Origin: a bacterium | GTDB taxonomy: Bacteria; Bdellovibrionota_C; UBA2361; CALJRW01 | Length of the DNA stretch: 64,000 nt | Assembly (NCBI GenBank): GCA_031385045.1 | Contig: JANNBC010000007.1 | Coordinates: 75,941 to 139,940 of the forward strand | Direction of reading: 5' to 3' | Part shown: positions 28,752 through 37,605 of the stretch, one piece after another | Numbering within the stretch: the stretch's first letter is position 1 | How the letters are laid out: each line of letters starts with the position of its first letter | Notes under the pieces: generated by a model | Told to the model about the DNA's origin: nothing | Database searches by the model: none | What the model saw: only the letters and a program-made list of their open reading frames with translations | Made by a program: the position numbers and the translations under genes

Positions 28752-30256
28752 ATATTAAAGAATTCTTAAACTCAAAACACTTTGGAGCTTACGGAGCAAA
28801 GCCTTATGGCACGGCAGAACCAACACTAAAATCTTTTTCTCCAATTGATAACTGCCTACTAGCTTCAGTTCCCGTTGCTAGTAGTAGTGATTATGAAAAT
28901 GTGATTTCCGATTTACAAAAAACATTTCTAACTTGGCGCAGCCATCCCGCACCAAAGCGGGGTTTAATTATGAGAGAGATTGGTGAAGAGCTACGTCGCA
29001 CTAAAAATGACCTGGCTGAATTAGTTAGCTTAGAAGTTGGCAAATCACTTGAGCAAGCTAAGGGTGAAGTCCAAGAGGCGATTGATATTATTGATTATGC
29101 CGTCGGACTTTCTAGGCAACTTTATGGAAATACCATGAAGTCAGAGCGTCCAGGTCATCGTATGATGGAGCAATGGCATCCTTTGGGAATTGTTGGTGTG
29201 ATCACTGCTTTTAATTTTCCTGTAGCTGTTTGGTCTTGGAATGCAATTATTGCCGGAGTCTGTGGAAATGTGATGCTTTGGAAACCATCAGAGATTGCGC
29301 CCCTAACCTCAATTGCACTGAGCACTATTGCCAATAAAATTACTAGCCAACATGGATTTCCGGCAGTCTTTGGATTAATTATTGGAGATGGTCCAGAACT
29401 TGGAAAGCGCCTGGCAGCTGACTCTAGAGTTGCATTAGTTTCGGCAACTGGCTCATGTGAGATGGGTAAATCTGTAGCAGAAACTGTTGGAAAAAGATTA
29501 GGCCGCACACTTCTTGAGCTTGGTGGTAATAATGCAATTATAGTTATGGATGATGCCGACTTAAAATTGGCTGTTCCCGGAATAGTTTTTAGTGCTGTCG
29601 CTACTGCCGGTCAACGATGTACTTCTGCCCGAAGAATTTTAGTTCAAAAAAATATTCGGGAAGAGCTTGAGGCACGATTAATTAAAGCCTATCAACAAAT
29701 TCGAGTCGGTAATCCCTTAGATCCTAAAACTTTAGTCGGGCCATTAATTAATAAAAATGCGGTAAAAAACTATTTGAATACCATCTCCTTAAGTGATTCT
29801 CAGGGTGGAAAATTACTAACTGGTGGAAAAGTTTTATCAAATATGCCCTCCGATCTTTATGTGCAGCCAACATTAATTGCGGGCCATAAAAGCATGTCAA
29901 TTATCCAAGAAGAAACCTTTGCGCCAATTGCCTATATCATTGAATTTGCGGATTGGTCAGAAGCAATTGAGCTCCACAATAGTGTAAGACAGGGATTAAG
30001 TTCCGCAATTTTTACAAGCAATCTTAAATCTGCAGAATTATTTCTAGCCGAAGCTGGTTCAGACTGTGGCATAGCAAATGTTAATATTGGAACTTCTGGT
30101 GCCGAGATTGGTGGAGCTTTTGGAGGAGAAAAAGAAACCGGTGGTGGCAGGGAATCTGGTTCTGATTCTTGGAAAAACTATATGCGACGACAAACTAACA
30201 CAATCAACTTTAGTGATGACTTGCCCCTAGCTCAAGGTATTAAGTTTGAAATCTAA
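28748..30256 (+). CDS. pcd: ALDH7-family aldehyde dehydrogenase (piperideine-6-carboxylate / aminoadipate semialdehyde dehydrogenase)
   Basis: AFNFPVAV, LELGGNN, GQRCT, GAEIGGAFGGEKETGGGRESGSDSWK, LPLAQGIKF. Confidence 0.85.
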   Translation: MNIKEFLNSKHFGAYGAKPYGTAEPTLKSFSPIDNCLLASVPVASSSDYENVISDLQKTFLTWRSHPAPKRGLIMREIGEELRRTKNDLAELVSLEVGKSLEQAKGEVQEAIDIIDYAVGLSRQLYGNTMKSERPGHRMMEQWHPLGIVGVITAFNFPVAVWSWNAIIAGVCGNVMLWKPSEIAPLTSIALSTIANKITSQHGFPAVFGLIIGDGPELGKRLAADSRVALVSATGSCEMGKSVAETVGKRLGRTLLELGGNNAIIVMDDADLKLAVPGIVFSAVATAGQRCTSARRILVQKNIREELEARLIKAYQQIRVGNPLDPKTLVGPLINKNAVKNYLNTISLSDSQGGKLLTGGKVLSNMPSDLYVQPTLIAGHKSMSIIQEETFAPIAYIIEFADWSEAIELHNSVRQGLSSAIFTSNLKSAELFLAEAGSDCGIANVNIGTSGAEIGGAFGGEKETGGGRESGSDSWKNYMRRQTNTINFSDDLPLAQGIKFEI

Positions 30257-30279
30257 AAAATATTTTTTAGCAGAGTGAC

Positions 30280-31443
30280 TTACCTAAAGGCTGAAATACC
30301 AGTTATGCGCTCGCCAATAACTAAGGCATGAATATCGTCTGTTCCTTCATAGGTTAAGACTGATTCTAGATTATTAGCATGGCGCATTGCTTGATACTCA
30401 TCAGAAATTCCATTTGCACCTAAAATTTCCCGAGCCATTCGAGCAATATTTAATGCTTCGCGAACATTATTTCGTTTTGCCATGGAGACTTGGGAGTGAT
30501 GTAATAAATTTCGATCTTTTAATTTACCTAATTGAAATGCTAAGCCTTGAGCCTTGGTGATCTCCGTGATCATATCGGCTAACTTTTTTTGGACTAACTG
30601 GAAGCCAGCAATTGGCTTATCAAATTGAACTCGGTTCGAAGCATAATTTAAAGCTTCGTCATAGCAAGCCATGGCTGAACCAATTGCGCCCCAGGCAATT
30701 CCATAACGAGCCTGATTCAAGCATTTAAGTGGAGATTTTAAACCGTCAGATTCTGGTAAGATATTTTCCTTTGGAATTAAACAATCATTAAAAACTAGCT
30801 CCCCAGTAATTGATGCCCGTAAGGACAGCTTACCTTTCATTTCAATTCCTAAAAAACCAGTTGTACCTTGTTCGACTAGAAAACCGCGAACTACTCCATT
30901 TAATTTTGCCCAGACCACTGCGACATCAGCAATTGATCCATTGGTAATCCACATCTTAGATCCATTTAGCAGATATCCCTCAGCAACTTCTTCTGCAACT
31001 GTGATCATTCCTCCCGGGTCAGAGCCATGATCAGGCTCAGTTAAACCAAAGCAACCAATTTTTTCACCAGTCGCAAGCAGTGGTAACCACTGCATCTTCT
31101 GCTCTTCAGTACCAAAAGTATAAATTGGATACATCACTAAAGAACTTTGCACTGAAGCAAAACTACGAAGGCCACTATCGCCACGCTCTAATTCTTGCAT
31201 AATTAAACCATAGGCTACGGCACCTAGCCCTGCGCCACCAAACTCTTCTGGCAATGTAGACCCAAACGCACCTAATGAACCCAGTTCTTTAACAATTTTC
31301 TTAGGAAAGGTTCCAGCACGATAATGCTCGCCAATTATTGGAAGAATTTCTTTATCAACATAGGATCTAACCATGTTGCGGATTGATAACTCCTCTTCAG
31401 ATAAGAGTAGATCGAAATTATAAAAATCTGCGCCATGAAACAT
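30280..31443 (-). CDS. gcdH: Glutaryl-CoA dehydrogenase
   Basis: ELERGDSG.RS..SVQSSL, CFGLTEPDHGSDP, NLESVLTYEGT.DIH. Confidence 0.85.
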   Translation of the reverse strand: MFHGADFYNFDLLLSEEELSIRNMVRSYVDKEILPIIGEHYRAGTFPKKIVKELGSLGAFGSTLPEEFGGAGLGAVAYGLIMQELERGDSGLRSFASVQSSLVMYPIYTFGTEEQKMQWLPLLATGEKIGCFGLTEPDHGSDPGGMITVAEEVAEGYLLNGSKMWITNGSIADVAVVWAKLNGVVRGFLVEQGTTGFLGIEMKGKLSLRASITGELVFNDCLIPKENILPESDGLKSPLKCLNQARYGIAWGAIGSAMACYDEALNYASNRVQFDKPIAGFQLVQKKLADMITEITKAQGLAFQLGKLKDRNLLHHSQVSMAKRNNVREALNIARMAREILGANGISDEYQAMRHANNLESVLTYEGTDDIHALVIGERITGISAFR

Positions 31444-31636
31444 ATCCAGTGACTCCTTTTTAAGTATGATCTCATAGTTAAGTCGGAAAATGAAGATCTT
31501 AAAATACTGTAAATTGCTGAGGAATGTCGATTGCTTACTATCTAAAATCGATTTGCTACTAAAAAGCTACTATAATTAGCTCTAGAACTGATGGAAGATA
31601 TTTTTAGAGTTTAAGTTCCTATTGCTCAAACATCAA

Positions 31637-32361
31637 ATGGCAAAGCAAATAACTAAGGAATTTTTTTTGAACCAAAGAAATTTGAGCTTTCGCCTGAGAA
31701 GAATAACATCTCTCGTTATTTAATACTTTCTTTCTTGATCCATATAGGACTAATTGCCTTATTAGTTTCAACAACAAGAAAAGTTACTACAAAATTAGAA
31801 AAAATAATTCTGAGCTCAGGGATTATTTTGCAAATCACTCATCCAACAATCGCAATTACAAAAATCTCAGATTCATTAATAAAAAAAGAAATTACTAAGC
31901 CGACGAAAAAAGAACCTATTGAGCAACCAAAAATTACTGAAAAGCCAAGCATTACTCAAGCTAAAGAAAAAACCGCTTTAGAGTCCCAAGCGGAAAGTTT
32001 CCCAGAAACTCTTGAGACAGCTAGCGAAAACTCCGCAAAAGCCTTAGGTGCAAATGTTATGATTGGCACTGTTGCTATAACAAATTATGAAAATATCCTA
32101 GCAAATTGGCTAGAACGGTATCGTTCTTATCCAAGACTTGCCTTAAGAAAAAAGATTACGGGAGAAGGATTACTTTATGTTAAGATTAATCAAGATGGCA
32201 AAGTCCTTGATTATGACTTACAAAAATCTACCAACGAACCTTTGCTAGATGAAGCAATAATTACAATATTGAAAAAGGCCGATCCACTGCCAAAAATTCC
32301 CTTAGAATTTAAAACTTCTCAATTTGAATTCTCTGTGCCAATTGACTTTAAAATCAATTAA
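31637..32361 (+). CDS. tonB: TonB-family energy transducer; 5' end out of frame at a T8 tract (31661-31668)
   Basis: C-terminal TonB domain (YPRLA, G.V..Y.L.KS, LDEA, ADPLP). The TM anchor RYLILSFLIHIG starts upstream of the 31735 ORF start. The nearest upstream ATG (31637) is in another frame. Confidence 0.65.
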
Positions 32362-32370
32362 TTTCTAAGG

Positions 32371-32795
32371 TATACTAAAACCCATCGTGTTTTCTAACAG
32401 TTTGGAAAAATCTAATAGATTTTTCAATATTTCGGCTTTTAGTATATTTGTCTTCCCCAGTACTCAGCCTTATAAAATAAGGATGAGTACCTTAGCGACC
32501 CCCAAGGGTAGCTTCAAGTGCTTCGCACTTGATATACTAAGCGCCTTTGTATTTTTGGCAATTTTGATTGTCGCTTAGTATATACTAAAACCCATCGGGG
32601 TTTTCCTAACAGCTTGGAAAAAATCTAATAGATTTTTCAGTGTTTAGGCTTTTAGTATACTTGTCTTCCCCAGTACTCAGCCTTATAAAATAAGGATGAG
32701 TACCTTTGCGACCCCCTAGGGTCGCTTCAAGTGCTTCGCACTTGATATACTAAGCGCCTTTGTATTTTTGGCAATTTTGATTGTCGCTTAGTATA
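32371..32795. repeat. Tandem pair (period 210 bp) of a composite five-hairpin REP/MITE-like unit
   Basis: Copies start at 32371 and 32581. Sub-elements TATACTAAAACC..GGCTTTTAGTATA and TATACTAAGCG..CGCTTAGTATA flank three hairpins. Confidence 0.9.
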
Positions 32796-32818
32796 TTTTT
32801 ACTAGTAAGTAATAAATA

Positions 32819-33619
32819 TTAACGGCGATCACTTACTAATGATTCTTCGGATAAATTAATTGAAATAGTTATGGGAGCATTGGCCATCTTAGACTGACAG
32901 GTTGTCACCACCTGCTCTAGTTCTACTTTCAAATCTAAAAAATAATGCGGAGCAAATTGATAATTAGGCTTAAACTTTAAGTCTTCACTAAGCAGGATTA
33001 ATGCTTTTTCAGCATAAGCAGAAACTGCTTGAAGAGTTTTATCTACTAGCTTCTGTTCTGTTGGATAGGTTGCAGAGACTTGCTCGCAAAGATTAATCAC
33101 AGCGTTTAGTTGTCCAAAACTTTGAGACTTAAATAATTTATAGCCCGCGAAATCTGTTAGTAAGCTAAGCATCTGCTCTAGTTCGTTGCTATTGATTTTA
33201 TGATCAAGTTGCTCTGGCATAAGTTGGCTTAAAGTTGGAAGTCGACTAGCAGCATCCTTCCATTCCAACTTAGGATCTAAATCTACATGAATCCCATAAG
33301 CAATATACCCAGCGCCTTGTAGCTGATCAGGGTAAGTCCGCCCAACTTTAAAAACTTTCTCGCCTAGCTCTTCTCTTAAGTAAGAAACGCCTGCATCACG
33401 TAAATTATAAAATATGGAACAATTATTTAGATCAACTGGTGGAAGGCTTTTTTGAAAATTAACATAAGCCTGAAGATCAACTGGACTATAGGATAAACAA
33501 TCCATGGCAATCCCCTTTAAGTCATATTCTGGAGTTGGTTGATGAATAGCAGCTTCTTCGGCCCGATGAGTATTGCGATCGATTACAGCAAACGCGGATT
33601 CTTCAGCTAATCTTGGCAT
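32819..33619 (-). CDS. Hypothetical protein
   Basis: 266-aa ORF with AAGG upstream; no recognised motif. Confidence 0.65.
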   Translation of the reverse strand: MPRLAEESAFAVIDRNTHRAEEAAIHQPTPEYDLKGIAMDCLSYSPVDLQAYVNFQKSLPPVDLNNCSIFYNLRDAGVSYLREELGEKVFKVGRTYPDQLQGAGYIAYGIHVDLDPKLEWKDAASRLPTLSQLMPEQLDHKINSNELEQMLSLLTDFAGYKLFKSQSFGQLNAVINLCEQVSATYPTEQKLVDKTLQAVSAYAEKALILLSEDLKFKPNYQFAPHYFLDLKVELEQVVTTCQSKMANAPITISINLSEESLVSDRR

Positions 33620-34386
33620 CTATGACCTTTTTACAGATAAACTACTTAACAGTTATGCTATCGGGAATTCAGATGTTAAGAAACCTAAAAGGATGCTTCC
33701 TCAAAATAATTTATTAGAAGTGAATAGTTTGATCTAATTTTCAGTGTCCACCATTAGCAAAAATTAATCTTTAATTTTCACTTAAAAAAACTAGCTTAAT
33801 AGCAATCTTTCACTCTCACAGTAGATTTAAAGTATTAATTGATAGACTCAAATTGAGCCTAAAGTCTTTCTAAATTTTTAAATCCCACTGAGTGCTAATG
33901 CAATCATTTCCACTAGAATGATCGTTCTTAATTTGCTGGCGATTTGTGATGTCTTACCAATACTTTAATAAAAAGAACCTGCAGAGATTGCTAGGATGAT
34001 AAAAAGAACTCTGAAACGCATCCTCCAAATCTAGAATAGCCAATTAAACATTGAATTCCCACATTCCCTTAAGAGAATCTCTTTATTGCCAACATTAGTA
34101 ATTCAAGATGGAATATTGCTTCAACTATGTAACATGTCACAGAGCTGACGAGAGGGGGAACTATCCCAAGCTATCTAAACTTGAGATAGACTAAGTAATT
34201 TCAGGTAGATATCGACCTAATGACAATTATCAAGGCCTGCTGCATCTAAATCAATCAAATTTAATCCTATTACACTAGTAATTGCTAAACTGAAAAAGAA
34301 GGATCTTTACGGCATCAGTTACTTTCGCAATCGATGATTTGAGGTTATATTAACCATAGAGATTTAGGCAGATTAGGGCTTAGGTC

Positions 34387-34414
34387 TCAGGTTTTAAGTT
34401 CAAATCTCCGACAT
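34387..34414 (+). promoter_or_regulatory. Possible sigma28-like promoter
   Basis: TCAGGTTT-N12-TCCGACAT about 75 bp upstream of 34489. Confidence 0.3.
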
Positions 34415-34420
34415 AGATAT

Positions 34421-34454
34421 TTAGAGTTAATTAATATTTTTTAATTAACTCTAA
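34421..34454. promoter_or_regulatory. Perfect 14-bp inverted repeat in the leader of the 34489 gene
   Basis: TTAGAGTTAATTAA-N6-TTAATTAACTCTAA. Confidence 0.5.
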
Positions 34455-34488
34455 CAACCTTGGTCAAGGATTTAGATAAAGGTTTACC

Positions 34489-35913
34489 ATGAATATTTTT
34501 AAGCATGTCTTTATTGGCACAATTTTGCTTGTCGCCAACATTACCTCCGCAGCTCCGATCGATTATAATAACGATTCTTATTCTGACCCCTCAACTGTCG
34601 TTGCGGGAACAAGTCTTAAATGGGATTCAATTATTCAGAATGAAACAGAAACTGTGCTTGAGTCATTCGGCCAAGCAGGACAACATCTAGTTCCAGGAAA
34701 ATATAGTTCCCGTAAAACCCAGCCAGCAACTGTTGATTCCAATGGCGTCTGGAGAATTAGCAACGATTCCAGTATTAATTTTGGAGATAGTGATTCAGTT
34801 TTTATTGCCGGTGCTGACTTTGATGGTGATGACCGCACAGACTTAGCTTACGCTAGTAATGCTTGTGTAAATATTAATTCAACCTTTAGTATTCTAACAA
34901 ACCCGCTCGGAGAAACTCCAATTTATCGAGAAGTTAATGCAACTCGCGGCGCAAATTTTAAAACTTACCTTGATTCAAATAATGATAACATCGATGAGAT
35001 TTGCTCACTTTTACCAATCAAAATCTCACATAAAATTACTAATAAATTTAAAATTCAATGTACAAATGTAATTAGTAATACAAGTTCTGTTCGCTTTACA
35101 GTGGGACGTGTGAACAATGTTCCAGTCAGAGTTAAAGTTAAAAACCAACCTGACCTATTGATGATCTATGATCAGACTGCCGCTGAAACTCGCTTCCGCT
35201 TACTAAATATGCAAGGACAGGTAGTAGATCGATTAGCAATTAATCACTTAGGAACTATTGTAATTGGTAATTTTACTTCTCAGGAATCAGAGCAAATTGC
35301 AATAGTTGACAATAACGGCTTGGCAAAAGTTTATGATGTCTTAATAAAATCAATTAGTGATTTAACTTTCCCGGATGGAATACCCTACGATCAAGTTAAT
35401 ATTGTAAACTTCAAAGACAATCAGGACTGTTTTTGTTCTACAAAAAGCATTGCTCGCAACAAGAGCTGCAGGACTAATTCCACAAAGCCTGAAGTGCCAA
35501 TCGAAGAAGTGAAAGAATTTTATATTCCAGATAACTGCAGTAATCCTCCAGAGCATATTAGCTATAATGATGGATTCAAATGTATCGCGAGTTCAACTCG
35601 CGGAGGAAGCATTGTCTGCGTGCTGCCTTATCAATTTACATGGGAGCCCTACCATAATGTGACCGATCATCATAATATGACCTATGCCTGTAACAAAAAT
35701 GATGCGCACTTTGATAGTGTAAATTTAGTCTTAAAATCTGGAGATCGCATACCACTTGATTTCGCCTACTGCGCGAATTATGTTGCCACAGTTGATGGAC
35801 CAATTGGACGACAACACTTCCGCAATGAGAATTATCAATGGAGTAGTGTTAGTCATAAAGTCGCATCTATCGAGATGGTCAGAGGTGATCAGAAAACTTG
35901 TCTCCGATTCTAG
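34489..35913 (+). CDS. Secreted protein with FG-GAP/VCBS-like Ca-binding repeats and a Cys-rich C-terminal domain
   Basis: Signal peptide; DYNNDSYSD, DFDGDDRTD, DSNNDNIDE repeats; many C-terminal Cys. Confidence 0.75.
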   Translation: MNIFKHVFIGTILLVANITSAAPIDYNNDSYSDPSTVVAGTSLKWDSIIQNETETVLESFGQAGQHLVPGKYSSRKTQPATVDSNGVWRISNDSSINFGDSDSVFIAGADFDGDDRTDLAYASNACVNINSTFSILTNPLGETPIYREVNATRGANFKTYLDSNNDNIDEICSLLPIKISHKITNKFKIQCTNVISNTSSVRFTVGRVNNVPVRVKVKNQPDLLMIYDQTAAETRFRLLNMQGQVVDRLAINHLGTIVIGNFTSQESEQIAIVDNNGLAKVYDVLIKSISDLTFPDGIPYDQVNIVNFKDNQDCFCSTKSIARNKSCRTNSTKPEVPIEEVKEFYIPDNCSNPPEHISYNDGFKCIASSTRGGSIVCVLPYQFTWEPYHNVTDHHNMTYACNKNDAHFDSVNLVLKSGDRIPLDFAYCANYVATVDGPIGRQHFRNENYQWSSVSHKVASIEMVRGDQKTCLRF

Positions 35914-36188
35914 TAGTTTAATTCTGAGTTAAAGGCAGATTTCCAAGGAAGAAACTGGGAACAATTTGGAAATTTACTAACAAAATACTTGAGGGCATCT
36001 TTTAGAATATTTTGCTGATCGATTGGCACACTAAGTTGATAGGTATTAGCTATGATTGGGTCAAGTTTTCGGACTGATATACCAGCAATCGATTCCAGTT
36101 GAATTATGAAATAATTATTGGCAAATGATAAAGCGACGACAGCTGGGGTACTCAGATAAGTAGTTGATTCTTTAGCGAGACTTATAAA
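35910..36188 (-). pseudogene. Possible gene remnant (92-codon open frame with no proper start)
   Basis: FISLAKESTTY...NSELNY* is open on the minus strand. Its TAG overlaps the convergent gene's TAG, and in-frame stops lie immediately upstream. Confidence 0.35.
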
Positions 36189-36555
36189 TTAACAGCAGTG
36201 AGCAGCTACCTAATTTTGAAGTGTCTATAGAATAATTATTCTCAAAAATTAAAACCGATTATAACCTGTTATTCATAAATCCGGCATTTTAACTAATTAT
36301 TAGCAGGTAATTTAATAGCCAAAAATCGTCGCTAATATCTTTTAGAATAAATATTTGTGGGGACTAAAAAAAATCTTAAAAATCTTCCTAAAATGTTTTA
36401 TACTAATCACTGGTATGGTTTTTCTTGTACGGTCTTAAAACAAGGCAAGTGCTTTGCAATTTTTTTAGTTGAATAAATTTACTTAGAATTAATCAAAGTA
36501 TTTTAATTCTAAATGTTAAAATTTAATTTTAAACCGTAATTTTTCACCTGGAGAC

Positions 36556-36735
36556 ATGATGAAAAAAGAATTTCCTAATCAAAAACAAACAAAAATAGTC
36601 TGGAAAGAATACTCACCAAGAGAGCTATACGAGTTAACAATCCGCATTATGGAACAGCGGATTGAAAATAATCGCCACAATAAAATGCTTAATTACTTCA
36701 ATCAAACTTTACCAGAGAAGTTTAAGGTTCAGTAA
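36556..36735 (+). CDS. Small hypothetical protein (59 aa; absent from the ORF track)
   Basis: GGAG at 36550-36553, then MMKKEFPNQKQTKIVWKEYSPRELYELTIRIMEQRIENNRHNKMLNYFNQTLPEKFKVQ*. Confidence 0.6.
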   Translation: MMKKEFPNQKQTKIVWKEYSPRELYELTIRIMEQRIENNRHNKMLNYFNQTLPEKFKVQ

Positions 36736-36825
36736 GCAATCTGCCTCGAAGAGAATATACTTCAGAAAAACCAACGCGCTTTGTGGCATTGTAGTAGTCG
36801 CTCAAATTCTCTAGTATTTGAGCAT

Positions 36826-37449
36826 ATGAACAAAAAACAAGTTTTGATATTTTCCTTAGTTATTCCATTTATGATTCTGATTGGTTACTTCCTCTATGTA
36901 ACAAAAGTAAGTGGGCAACATTATCAGTCAATAAATCTTTTAGAGAACACAAAACTGCACCTTGGCAACTTGATCTTTAGTAGTAATGCCTCTGTTAGTC
37001 CAAATTCAATTGAGCCTATTAGGCTAGCCCCTAGTGGAAATCCATACCGCTTTAATCTAACTGTCGGATATACACATAAAGTAGGCCGTTCTAGCTTAAA
37101 ACAAACTAAATATACCCACCATTTTAGTGTTAAAGATTCTGCTGGTATCAGCGTATTGGAAGATACCAAAAACAATCAAAATAAGAATCAACTGGGAGGA
37201 AACACAAAACTAACAGTTCATAGTGAATCTTTAGGAGTTCTAGAAGTTGCTAAGGAAGGTCTCTATAATCTTGATTTAAAAATTGAACCAGGAAATGCCG
37301 AGATTCATTCGGTTCAAATTCACATTAGAAAAAATGTAGCTAAGTTTAATACCTTAGTTCTAACCTTGCTAATTTTAGCAATTTTACCTGGGTTAATCAT
37401 GACTATTAAAAATTTCTCCAAGAAATCAGCCAGTACCAAGCTTATCTAA
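36826..37449 (+). CDS. Hypothetical membrane protein (two TM helices flanking a beta-rich domain)
   Basis: Start moved to ATG 36826; N- and C-terminal TM helices. Confidence 0.7.
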   Translation: MNKKQVLIFSLVIPFMILIGYFLYVTKVSGQHYQSINLLENTKLHLGNLIFSSNASVSPNSIEPIRLAPSGNPYRFNLTVGYTHKVGRSSLKQTKYTHHFSVKDSAGISVLEDTKNNQNKNQLGGNTKLTVHSESLGVLEVAKEGLYNLDLKIEPGNAEIHSVQIHIRKNVAKFNTLVLTLLILAILPGLIMTIKNFSKKSASTKLI

Positions 37450-37605
37450 CTAAAAAGACTAAAGAATTTATACAAAAGTATTAAATTTTAGCAACACTTT
37501 GCTAAAATTACTCATAACAACTGGCAAATATAGTAAACAAACTTTACATTTAATCCACTGTAGGGAACCTCTGGGTCTTCGAGGATTAAAATGTCCAAAT
37601 GACAC

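Noticed and set aside
32387..32578. 63-aa ORF in the ORF track
   Set aside because: Lies wholly inside the hairpin repeat, and its GTG start is altered in the second copy.
32371..32795. CRISPR array (given the Cas4-like genes)
   Set aside because: Only two 210-bp near-identical units with no unique spacers; no cas1 or cas2 in the window.
33658..33690. Sigma28 promoter for the 33619 gene
   Set aside because: CCCGATAG is present, but the -35-like TTAGGTTT is 15 nt away rather than 11-12.
33878..34021. Short minus-strand frame MRFRVLFIILAISAGSFY* continuing past a stop
   Set aside because: Too short and interrupted; may be a remnant but cannot be supported.
34080..34380. Riboswitch (e.g. c-di-GMP) in the long intergenic region
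   Set aside because: No recognisable consensus by eye; an Rfam scan would be needed.
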